Positions 8,650-16,633 of a stretch of DNA of 26,221 bases are shown here, piece by piece. Source of the stretch: Polyangiales bacterium. GTDB taxonomy: Bacteria; Myxococcota_A; Polyangia; Polyangiales; Houyiibacteriaceae. The translations under genes were made by a program, and so were the position numbers. The notes below the pieces were generated by a model that saw only the letters and a list, made by a program, of their open reading frames with translations, ran no database searches and was not told where the DNA came from. Positions within the stretch are counted from its first letter, which is position 1. Each line of letters opens with the position of its first letter. The stretch spans positions 1-26,221 of the forward strand of contig JBGCFM010000064.1 of the NCBI GenBank assembly GCA_045106895.1. The letters are read 5' to 3'.

Positions 8650-9621
8650 ATGCGAGTCCTAGTCACTGGAGGAACGGGGTTTCTGGGCGGACACATCGCC
8701 CTGGAGCTCCAGAACGGCGGTCACGAGCCCATCGTTTTTGCCCGAAGCTCCAGCAATACCGCGGCACTAGAAGCGCGCGGCGTGGAGATTCGCCGCGGCG
8801 CCTTCGATAACCCGAGCAGCCTCCGCGCAGCCTGCGAGGGCGTCGATGCGGTAGTCCACGCGGCGGGTGGCGGCGTGGTGCGCGAAGTCGCCGACTACTA
8901 CCGCTCCAACTCCGAGTCCACCGAAGCGCTCCTCGCGAGCCTTCGCGGCGACACACACTTCGTTCTCATCTCAAGCCTCGCGGCTCACGGTCCGGCACTT
9001 CGCACGCGGGCCGGCTTCGACACCCCGGTCGCCTTCGCGGACGACGCCGACGCGCCGACGTCGCACTACGGCAAGAGCAAGCTCAGAGCGGAGCGCGCGT
9101 GCCTCGACTCGAAAGTCCCCTGCACCATTCTCCGGCCTCCAGCTCTTTACGGCGCCGGCGAGTATCGAATGGTCCCGCTCTTTCGTTTGGCCCAGCGCGG
9201 CGTCGTCCCGACCGTTCACCCCAAAGGCACCCTCTCTCTTTTGTCCGGACGCGACTGCGCGCGCGCCGTGGTCTGCTCACTCGAGGGAGCTCATGAAGGG
9301 CTCTTCTACGTGTCGGAGCCGCGGCCCATCACGCGGCACGCCATGGCCAAAGCCATCGCGCGCTTTGCGGGGCACTCCCGGGTCCTCGCGATCCCTCAGA
9401 GTGTCGTTCTTGGTGCCGGGCGCGTCAGCGAAGCGCTCTCCGCCGCTCGGGGAAAGCGCGCCATGTTCAACCGGGACAAGGCCGCGGACATCTGCGCGCC
9501 ACACCAGAGCTGCGACCCCGCCCACGCGGAGTCTACGCTTGAATGGCAGGCCGAGGATCGCTTCGTCGACTCTACTCGGGGCATCGGCCTGGCCTACCAG
9601 GACAAGGGCTGGCTGCCCTAG
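8650..9621 (+). CDS. NAD-dependent epimerase/dehydratase (extended SDR)
   Basis: MRVLVTGGTGFLG, HAAG, ISSLAA, YGKSK, LRPPALYG. Confidence 0.9.
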   Translation: MRVLVTGGTGFLGGHIALELQNGGHEPIVFARSSSNTAALEARGVEIRRGAFDNPSSLRAACEGVDAVVHAAGGGVVREVADYYRSNSESTEALLASLRGDTHFVLISSLAAHGPALRTRAGFDTPVAFADDADAPTSHYGKSKLRAERACLDSKVPCTILRPPALYGAGEYRMVPLFRLAQRGVVPTVHPKGTLSLLSGRDCARAVVCSLEGAHEGLFYVSEPRPITRHAMAKAIARFAGHSRVLAIPQSVVLGAGRVSEALSAARGKRAMFNRDKAADICAPHQSCDPAHAESTLEWQAEDRFVDSTRGIGLAYQDKGWLP

Positions 9622-9627
9622 TGGACG

Positions 9628-10671
9628 TTAGAGCTCGACGGCGACGCCGAGGGAGAGAACTTCGAGGTCTCGCTCCGCCACCGTGCCCCCGATGATGGTA
9701 CTGAGCTCCTCTTCGTCAAAATCGTAGCGCATCAGCCGGTTGTCGCAGCGGACGAACGCCGCCATCGGGTTCGAGGGATCCGGCGCTGCATCGAACTCGC
9801 GGCCGGCACAGGGGTTCGATACGGCGCGTCTCTCGCCACCGAAGCGAAGAATGACCGTCACAGTGTCGGTTCCGGCGTAGGTTGCATCGGGCAAAACATG
9901 GAACCTCTCGCCGAGCGTGCTCTGAGGCAGGTTCTCATCTTCGATGCGGTCGCCAGTCACGGGGTTGAACGCGAACACCGGCTCACAGCCAATGAACGAA
10001 GTCGCTGCCAGATCGCCCAAGTAAGACGACACTCGAACAGGCGCACGACAGAACCCTACGTCTGGCATCTCTAGCGTGATGGCCTCTCCATCGCTTGGGT
10101 AGCCGCCGACATACATGTAGCGGTCGAGGGACTCCTCGCCGGTGCCCCATGCGACCGCCCCGAGTCGTGACGTCGAGCCAAAGGCGAAGGTCTGAGCCTG
10201 AGTGAAGTCGCCGGGCGGGGCAGGGAACGAGTTCAGGGTTACCCCACTCACAATGTCCACGATTGTGACGCCGTCAGCGCCAGCGACAATGGCGGTCGTG
10301 TCGTCGACAAGCTCCGCGTCCCAGGCGCTCGACGGTAGACTAAAAGGCTGCGTCGGTGAACACCGGCTCACGGAACCGTCCGGTGCCAACGAGAGACGCC
10401 AAAGGTCGACGGCGTCTCCGTCGCGAACCAGCGTGGCAAGCCATGGAGCTGGACAACGGTTGTCCGGTCCTGCGTCCAAGTCGGCTGCATCCATATCGCT
10501 CGCGGGCGCATCGCTTGCAGAAACATCGCGTGCGGCGGCGTCCATCACACGCGCATCGTCACCGGCGTCCACGTTCGCGTCTTGCTCGTCAATGGAGAAA
10601 CCATCCGAACACGCCACGAGAGACCCTGCCAATGTGGCCACCAGAAGAGTGAGTCCTCCTTTGCGCTTCAT
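9628..10671 (-). CDS. Hypothetical lipoprotein, beta-rich (possible propeller)
   Basis: MKRKGG...LVAC lipobox, Asp/Ala-rich linker (DA repeats) typical of myxobacterial lipoproteins. Confidence 0.75.
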   Translation of the reverse strand: MKRKGGLTLLVATLAGSLVACSDGFSIDEQDANVDAGDDARVMDAAARDVSASDAPASDMDAADLDAGPDNRCPAPWLATLVRDGDAVDLWRLSLAPDGSVSRCSPTQPFSLPSSAWDAELVDDTTAIVAGADGVTIVDIVSGVTLNSFPAPPGDFTQAQTFAFGSTSRLGAVAWGTGEESLDRYMYVGGYPSDGEAITLEMPDVGFCRAPVRVSSYLGDLAATSFIGCEPVFAFNPVTGDRIEDENLPQSTLGERFHVLPDATYAGTDTVTVILRFGGERRAVSNPCAGREFDAAPDPSNPMAAFVRCDNRLMRYDFDEEELSTIIGGTVAERDLEVLSLGVAVEL

Positions 10672-10715
10672 GACAGGTCGATACCATCTCCGACAACCCA
10701 TGTCAGATCGAGGGC

Positions 10716-11333
10716 TCAGGCGCGGATGCCGTCCATGATCATCGTCACCACGATGCGCGCGATCTCTTCCGGAGGCGCGTCGAGTCCATCGCGAATCACC
10801 GCCAGCGCGAGCTGCTCGATGGCACCGATTACAGCCAAGGCGCTCACGCGCGCGTCCGTCACGTTGAGCAGCTTGTGTTCGATGGCCACTTCGGTGAGAT
10901 GAATCGCCCCGCTACGTAGCTCGCTGTTGAGCTCCCGGACGCAGCTCGTGGAAGCCGTCACGGGCGTGCGGTTCTCTTGGAGGTAGAGCTGCACGACGCC
11001 ACGTTGCGAGAGCCCGATGCGGGCGAGCTCAAGGGCCATCATCGCGTAGGCGGCGGTCAGCTCGGCGGTGTTGTGAGAACGTCCCACGCCGATGGCGCAG
11101 CGACGGATCACAGTTCGAACCTCGCTCGCCACGGGCGCGAGAATGGAGTCGACGAGGGCGCCCTTGTCCGTGAAGTAGCGGTAGAAATTCCCCTTCGCCA
11201 TGCCGCCGGCTTTGGCGAGCTCATCGATGGTCACGGGCTCGATACCGCGCGTAAGGAAGAGGTCCAGGCCCGCAGACTTGAGAGCCTCTTCGCGCTCAAT
11301 TCGGTTTCGCTCTCTCTTTCCCAGCTCCGCCAT
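10716..11333 (-). CDS. TetR/AcrR family transcriptional regulator
   Basis: N-terminal HTH: GLDLFLTRGIEPVTIDELAKAGGMAKGNFYRYFTDK. Confidence 0.95.
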   Translation of the reverse strand: MAELGKRERNRIEREEALKSAGLDLFLTRGIEPVTIDELAKAGGMAKGNFYRYFTDKGALVDSILAPVASEVRTVIRRCAIGVGRSHNTAELTAAYAMMALELARIGLSQRGVVQLYLQENRTPVTASTSCVRELNSELRSGAIHLTEVAIEHKLLNVTDARVSALAVIGAIEQLALAVIRDGLDAPPEEIARIVVTMIMDGIRA

Positions 11334-11377
11334 CCCCCAACGCTAACGAAGGGGATCTCAAACTCCCTAAAGAAAAG

Positions 11378-11451
11378 TGAACAAGTGGTCGTTCTTTTAC
11401 TCGACAAAGAGTGACCAAATAGTCATGTTGTAATAGATGACCGGGTGGTCA
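11378..11451. promoter_or_regulatory. Three TGACC-N4-GGTCA-type palindromic operators, probable TetR sites
   Basis: TGAACAAGTGGTCG (11378-11391), TGACCAAATAGTCA (11412-11425), TGACCGGGTGGTCA (11438-11451), between the divergent TetR and desaturase genes. Confidence 0.75.
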
Positions 11452-11470
11452 CTGTTTTGAAGGAGGAAAA

Positions 11471-12046
11471 ATGTTTGGGATTCCGCTGGGTTTGATCGCT
11501 GCCAACGCCACAGAGTGGCTCGTTCACAAGCACGTGCTGCATGGGAGCGGCCGTGAGAAATCGAGCTTCTGGTCGTTTCATTGGCATGAACACCACCGCG
11601 CGTGCCGGCGCTCGGAGATGCGGGACGAGCACTACGAGCAGCCCGTGGTGGGCAATCACAGCCAGGGAAAAGAAGCCGCTGCGCTCGTCGTCGCCTCCGC
11701 GGCGCTGCTTCCGCTGGCGCCCGTGGCGCCCTTCTTCGTGGGGACCCTCTGGTACTCCGCCATCAACTATTACCGAGTCCACAAGCGCTCTCACCTCGAC
11801 CCCGAGTGGTCGCGCGAGAACCTGCCCTGGCACTACGACCATCACATGGGCCCGGACCAGGACGCGAACTGGTGCGTCACGAAGCCGTGGTTTGATGACC
11901 TGATGGGCACCCGCAAGCCCTACGTCGGTACCCTCCGCGAGGAGAAGGACCGCGAGAAGCGCTCCCGGCTCAAAGAGCGACGTGCCCAGGAGATGCTAGC
12001 TCGACAGAAGCAGCAAGAGGTCACGACTCCGCTCAAGGCCGCCTAG
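11471..12046 (+). CDS. Sterol desaturase / fatty-acid hydroxylase superfamily protein
   Basis: His boxes HKHVLH, HWHEHH, HKRSH, HYDHH, then NWCVTKPWFDDLMGT. AGGAGG RBS at 11461-11466. Confidence 0.88.
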   Translation: MFGIPLGLIAANATEWLVHKHVLHGSGREKSSFWSFHWHEHHRACRRSEMRDEHYEQPVVGNHSQGKEAAALVVASAALLPLAPVAPFFVGTLWYSAINYYRVHKRSHLDPEWSRENLPWHYDHHMGPDQDANWCVTKPWFDDLMGTRKPYVGTLREEKDREKRSRLKERRAQEMLARQKQQEVTTPLKAA

Positions 12047-12066
12047 CTCGCCGCGAACGCCCGAGC

Positions 12067-12507
12067 CTACTCTTGATAACAATCGCGGATAAGCTCGGGA
12101 TTGCAGGGAGCGCCATCGACGACAGTGGTGGAGGCACATTGACCAAACGCGTCGATCTCGGGTGCGCACGCCTCACATTCAAAATCGATCATGCCGCATC
12201 GGTCCAGCGAACAGCAGGAGAGATCTTGGTAGGCCTCCTGGCATTCTTGAATGGCGCACTCGAGGTTGATGTTGAAGATGCACTCAAGACATGGGGAGCC
12301 ATCAGGTTCGCATGCACGAAGGCAGGCACCCCGTTCTTCCTCCCCCGTGACTTGATTGAGACAGGCAATGGTGCAGGACGCCATCTCGCCTTCGCAGGAG
12401 CCGCGCTCGACTTCAAACGTCAGAGCCTCGCATCGCTCGAAGTCATCGATGGCAACGGTGCACCCAGTCGTAAAGACCAATCCCAGGATTATCCCTACAC
12501 GACCCAT
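12067..12507 (-). CDS. Cys-rich lipoprotein
   Basis: Start MGRVGIILGLVFTTGC overlaps the upstream stop (TAATG). 146 aa with 19 Cys. Confidence 0.8.
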   Translation of the reverse strand: MGRVGIILGLVFTTGCTVAIDDFERCEALTFEVERGSCEGEMASCTIACLNQVTGEEERGACLRACEPDGSPCLECIFNINLECAIQECQEAYQDLSCCSLDRCGMIDFECEACAPEIDAFGQCASTTVVDGAPCNPELIRDCYQE

Positions 12508-13301
12508 TAGAAACGCCCCTGAACGGCACAGCTTCCAAAGCCGCAGGACACCGACGCCGGTCTCTCTTCGATGCCCGGTTTCGCCAACACCCACGCCAGC
12601 ACGCCCGTCAGCGTGAAGGCGAGCCCGGATGCCCAAAGCACATCGACACCGATGGCACGACTGCCGAGCGCCTCGCGCTCCTCTGTAAGGTGTTCTGGGC
12701 ACCGAACGCCAAAGCACCCTTCTTGGAGCTCACCGTTCAGTGCATTCACGTGGAGCGCGAGGCCCCCCGCAGCGAGAAGCGCGGCGCCGCCGGTGGCGAA
12801 AAGAACGATCGGCAAAACGCGACTCGGTGGCCGTCGCACAAGCACGACCGCACCTTCACGCTCTCGGCGTTCTTCCTCTTCTTGAGCCACACGTTCTTCG
12901 AGAGCCTGCAAACGGCTCTCGAGGAGCGGACGGTTTTCGACGGGGTCTCCCTCAGCGAGATAACGGCGAAGGTAGCCCGCCGCCGTCGGCCAATTCCCAG
13001 CGTCGCGCTCGCACAGGTACATGTTGTGAAGCAGTCGTGGCTCGCCGGAGAGTTCAAAGCTCCGGCCGAACTCAAAGAGGGCTTCCGCAAAACGGCCTTG
13101 GATATAGAAGTTGTTGCCAAGCTCGAATCGCATCCGCGCCTCCGCGGCGTCCGGGTCGGGCTCGGGTTCAGGGGCTGCCTCGTCGACGTCCTCCTCAACG
13201 CTCGCGGCGACGCTCGCGGCGGCTTCCTCTTCTTGGGCTGCCGCGCGCGACGCGAGGAATAGACACGCAAGCAATACAAAGCGGAGCATCACAAAGAGCA
13301 T
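12507..13301 (-). CDS. Secreted TPR protein with C-terminal hydrophobic hairpin
   Basis: Signal peptide. TPR-like helices (EARMRFELGNNFYIQGRFAEALFEFGRSFEL, LLHNMYLCE...AAGYLRRYL). Two hydrophobic segments and terminal GRF. Start may be 13289. Confidence 0.8.
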   Translation of the reverse strand: MLFVMLRFVLLACLFLASRAAAQEEEAAASVAASVEEDVDEAAPEPEPDPDAAEARMRFELGNNFYIQGRFAEALFEFGRSFELSGEPRLLHNMYLCERDAGNWPTAAGYLRRYLAEGDPVENRPLLESRLQALEERVAQEEEERREREGAVVLVRRPPSRVLPIVLFATGGAALLAAGGLALHVNALNGELQEGCFGVRCPEHLTEEREALGSRAIGVDVLWASGLAFTLTGVLAWVLAKPGIEERPASVSCGFGSCAVQGRF

Positions 13302-13338
13302 GGCCTCTACCCGCGATCTGCACAATGCTGCGCAGCCC

Positions 13339-14016
13339 ATGCGTTACGGTTCGCTCGTCAGCATAGCCGCTGCGCTCTTCGCCGCCGGGGCGTGGAAGCT
13401 CACGCCGCTGCTCCTTTGGCCCGCCCTTAGCTTTGCCCTCGTCGCCTTGGGCTACTTTGGTCTTGGCGCGTGGATGTTGGGCAAGCAGCGCGACGGAACA
13501 CGCAAAGCGTGGGGCTACGTTCTCGGCGGTCCGTTTATTGTGTTCATGCATGCCCTTCGTTTTGGCCTCACCAAGGCGCGATGGCGTGAGGCCCCATGGG
13601 ACGAGGTCGCCAGTGGCATCTACGTCGGACGCATCGTTCCACTGACGGAGCTCCCGGGAGACGTTCAGACCGTCGTCGACCTGACGAGCGAGCACCTCGA
13701 AGAGCCGGCTCTTATCAAGGCGAAGCGCTACGTTTGTTTGCCCACCCTGGACGGCAGCGTGCCTGCCCTCGATGAGCTCGTCGCCCTACTACGCCAGCGT
13801 GAAACATGGCCCGGCGCGATCTACGTTCACTGCGCCGCGGGCCATGGTCGCTCGGCCCTTGTTGCGGCTTGTTTGGTCGTTTTGGCTGGGCTGGCCGAGG
13901 ATATCGACGAGGCGATGACTCGGATGAAACAGAAGCGACCGAAGGTGCACCTGGTGCCACAGCAAAGAGGCACCGCGCTTCGTGCCGTTGAAGTCATCCG
14001 CTCTGAAAGCGAATGA
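13339..14016 (+). CDS. Membrane-anchored dual-specificity phosphatase family protein
   Basis: N-terminal TM helices, VVDLT, PTLDG, CX5R loop VHCAAGHGRS. Confidence 0.88.
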   Translation: MRYGSLVSIAAALFAAGAWKLTPLLLWPALSFALVALGYFGLGAWMLGKQRDGTRKAWGYVLGGPFIVFMHALRFGLTKARWREAPWDEVASGIYVGRIVPLTELPGDVQTVVDLTSEHLEEPALIKAKRYVCLPTLDGSVPALDELVALLRQRETWPGAIYVHCAAGHGRSALVAACLVVLAGLAEDIDEAMTRMKQKRPKVHLVPQQRGTALRAVEVIRSESE

Positions 14017-15299
14017 GCGCTCCCGAGACCTCCAAAGCGCGGCCAGTGGCGGCGGATGTTCGCCCTCACGAACGCGGCACCGTCGCGTTGATGACGCTGG
14101 CGATCTTTCTTCTGATGGTCGCGTACTACGTGCTCAAGACGATCCGCGAACCATGGATTCTCGCGAGCGGCAGCGCGGAGCTCAAGGCGTACGCGTCGGC
14201 AGTGCAAGCCGGAGCGCTCATCTTCGTGCTGCCGCTCTTTAGCTACGCCGTGCTTCGCTTCGACACCAAGAAGCTCGTGCTAGGCCTCAGCCTCGCGTTC
14301 TTTGTCTGTCTGGAACTCTTCTTCCTTGGAGCGCGCGCGGACATTGGTCTCGGGTTTGTCTTCTACGTCTGGGTTGGCATCTTCAGCCTGTCGGCCATCG
14401 CGCTCTTCTGGTCCGTTGCAAACGACGCCTTCGACAAGAAGACCGGCGAACGCCTCTTCCCCGTCGTCACCCTAGGCATGACCGCTGGGCCCGTTGTGGG
14501 CTCGAAACTCGGTGGGCTCCTCTTTGGCTGGGACTTCGAGATCGAATCTGTGCTGCAGGTCGCAGCGGTGGTTCTTGGACTTCATCTCATCGCTTATCTC
14601 GTCCTCCTACGGAGGCCGGACATGCAGCTCTCGTCGGCGAAACGTCAGGCCTTGCCCATCGCTCAGTCGACGATGCAGGGGTTTCAGCTGGTGTTTGCGC
14701 GGCCTTATATCCGCCTGGTGGCGTTGCTGCTCATCCTGCTCAACGTCGCGAACACCACCGGCGAATATATCCTCAGCTCCCACGTGGAATCTCTCGCCGC
14801 CGGACGCGAAGACGCCCGCGCGGTCATTGGCGCCTTCTATGGGAACTTCTACTTCTGGGTGAACGTCAGCGCCGTCTGCATCCAGCTCTTCTTGGCGGGA
14901 CTCTTGGTGCGACGCTTCGGCCTCGGCGGTCTGCTCTTTGTTCTCCCGGTCATCGCCTTGGGTACCTACGCCCTGGTGGCCCTCGGTGTTGGCGTCCATG
15001 TGTTCCGATGGATGAAGACGGCGGAGAACGCCGCTGACTACTCGCTGATGAACAATGCCAAGGCGATGCTATGGCTCCCCACTTCACGGGAGGAACGCTT
15101 CTCAGCGAAACAGACGGTGGACACGTTCTTCGTTCGAGTGGGCGACCTCGTCGCCGCCGGCGCCGTTTATATCGGGACCACGTTCCTTGAATGGGGACCA
15201 CGTGGCTTTGCGTTCTTCAATGTTTTCATTGTTGTGACGTGGCTCGGCACCTGCTGGCTCCTTGTTCGCACCTACAAAGAGCGCGCAGCCTCATCTTGA
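14013..15299 (+). CDS. Npt1/Npt2-type (TLC/AAA family) nucleotide or ATP/ADP translocase-like transporter
   Basis: About 12 TM segments. Motifs AYYVLKTIRE, FYVWVGIF, FW..AND.F....GERLFP, ENAADYSLMN.AK..LWLP, AKQTVDTFFVRVGD. ATGA overlap with the phosphatase gene. Confidence 0.82.
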   Translation: MSAPETSKARPVAADVRPHERGTVALMTLAIFLLMVAYYVLKTIREPWILASGSAELKAYASAVQAGALIFVLPLFSYAVLRFDTKKLVLGLSLAFFVCLELFFLGARADIGLGFVFYVWVGIFSLSAIALFWSVANDAFDKKTGERLFPVVTLGMTAGPVVGSKLGGLLFGWDFEIESVLQVAAVVLGLHLIAYLVLLRRPDMQLSSAKRQALPIAQSTMQGFQLVFARPYIRLVALLLILLNVANTTGEYILSSHVESLAAGREDARAVIGAFYGNFYFWVNVSAVCIQLFLAGLLVRRFGLGGLLFVLPVIALGTYALVALGVGVHVFRWMKTAENAADYSLMNNAKAMLWLPTSREERFSAKQTVDTFFVRVGDLVAAGAVYIGTTFLEWGPRGFAFFNVFIVVTWLGTCWLLVRTYKERAASS

Positions 15300-15428
15300 G
15301 ACGCCGCGGACCTCGCTGGCTCGCCCTCCAATTCGTTTCCTTCTCCAGATCTGAAATATGAAAGTTCGGCTTTGAACGGTGAGCGGCAGCCGCATCCCGA
15401 ATTCCCGAAGAGTTTCGTGTGACGAAAG

Positions 15429-15445
15429 TTGGCACGAACTTCGCT
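15429..15445 (+). promoter_or_regulatory. Sigma54 (-24/-12) promoter with no protein gene downstream
   Basis: TTGGCACG-AACT-TCGCT. GG at 15431-15432 and GC at 15443-15444 place +1 at ~15456. Confidence 0.65.
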
Positions 15446-15455
15446 ATGTAATGTT

Positions 15456-15564
15456 GTGAAGTGGCGATGCGTGAGCATCGTTCCCCCCCTTGTCTCCCTC
15501 GCCATTTCCACAATTTAGCGGTCGCAGCGTACCTCCCCCCCCAACGCTGCGGCCGCTTCCTTTT
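15456..15564 (+). ncRNA. Candidate small regulatory RNA with two C-rich loops
   Basis: Stem 15456-15467/15499-15511 encloses a GUGA tetraloop hairpin and a C-rich loop. A 13-bp stem 15518-15530/15544-15556 has loop ACCUCCCCCCCCA and tail UUCCUUUU. Lies between convergent genes. Confidence 0.6.
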
Positions 15565-15608
15565 ATCCGTCGTGAAATTTCCATTTCACAATTGAAATCG
15601 GACGTGTC

Positions 15609-16100
15609 CTAGAGGCGCGTTTTTGCTGCAGCCATGCGTAAGACCTCTTTCATGTGGGTCTTTTCGACGGGCATGACACTCAGCCGAGACCCCTTTTGGG
15701 TGACACGCATGCCTTCGAGTGTTGCGTTGGCCTTGAGCGCCGACAGAGGCACTTCAGCTTTGAATTTCTCAAGGAAGCGGACGCTGACGCAATCCCAGCG
15801 TGGAGGCTTGTTCGCGGATGCGATGTCCTCCGATTTGGCGTCGTAGTAGGGGCTCTGCTCGTCGAACTGCGTGGGGTCCGGAAACGCCGTTTTGCAGATC
15901 TGAACGAGCCCTGCGGCTCCCGGCGGCTTCGCGCTCGAGTGATAGAAAATGGCTATATCGCCGACCTTCATCTCTCGCATGAAGTTCCGCGCTTGGTAAT
16001 TGCGAACACCTTCCCAGATGCCCTCGCCCTCGGCGTTCATGTCATCGATGGAGTAGACATGCGGCTCCGATTTCATGAGCCAGAAAGCGCGCTCAGCCAT
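15609..16100 (-). CDS. EVE domain protein (PUA-like)
   Basis: FWLMKSEP, WEGVRNYQARNFMREMKVGD...FYHS, PDPTQFD..SPYYD, SRLSVMPV. Confidence 0.95.
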   Translation of the reverse strand: MAERAFWLMKSEPHVYSIDDMNAEGEGIWEGVRNYQARNFMREMKVGDIAIFYHSSAKPPGAAGLVQICKTAFPDPTQFDEQSPYYDAKSEDIASANKPPRWDCVSVRFLEKFKAEVPLSALKANATLEGMRVTQKGSRLSVMPVEKTHMKEVLRMAAAKTRL

Positions 16101-16611
16101 CGCCTTCTTCGTCGGCCTTTTTCTTCAGGTACGTGTTGGTGTACGCCGCGCTCTCCACGTAGCTGCGCTGAATCTCTTTTTGAATGAAGCCTTCGAGGAG
16201 CTTCCCAATGCCGAAGATCGTGCACTTCACGTTGAAGGTGACGCAACGCTCGCACTTGTCTTCGCTGATCGGATGCGCGCGCATCGCGCCGCTGATCGTG
16301 ATTTTGTCCGCGAACTTGTTCGGGACGACGGTGAACTCGTAGCGGTAGTCATCGGGGTCTTCGACGAGCAATCCGTTCTCGGTAAACGAGATGCTGTCGC
16401 CCATGACGCGGACGATGGCCTTCGGCGCATCCACCTTGGGCGTGATGTACGTTCGGCGAACTCCGGTCTCCCGGTTGTCTTCGAGGACCTCATAGCCGAA
16501 GTCGAGGAAGTCCACGTAGAGGGAACGAATGAACTCAACTTCGTGGTGAATGAGCTGCCAGAACCGTTCTTTGCCAGCGATCATCTCGTGGCGAACATCA
16601 AATGTGCGCAT
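16093..16611 (-). CDS. DUF2505-like (SRPBCC/START-fold) protein
   Basis: 172 aa from MRTFDVRH with AAGGA RBS. C-terminal VKCTIFGIGKLLEGFIQKEI pattern. Overlaps the EVE start. Confidence 0.72.
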   Translation of the reverse strand: MRTFDVRHEMIAGKERFWQLIHHEVEFIRSLYVDFLDFGYEVLEDNRETGVRRTYITPKVDAPKAIVRVMGDSISFTENGLLVEDPDDYRYEFTVVPNKFADKITISGAMRAHPISEDKCERCVTFNVKCTIFGIGKLLEGFIQKEIQRSYVESAAYTNTYLKKKADEEGDG

Positions 16612-16633
16612 CGTGTTTTCCTTTGCGTCCCGT

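Noticed and set aside
15226..15513. Short minus-strand ORFs over the sRNA candidate
   Set aside because: No RBS, poor codon bias and no motifs. The region is better explained as promoter plus structured RNA.
15609..16100. EVE protein as part of a modification-dependent restriction system
   Set aside because: Stand-alone EVE with no adjacent nuclease or ATPase gene.
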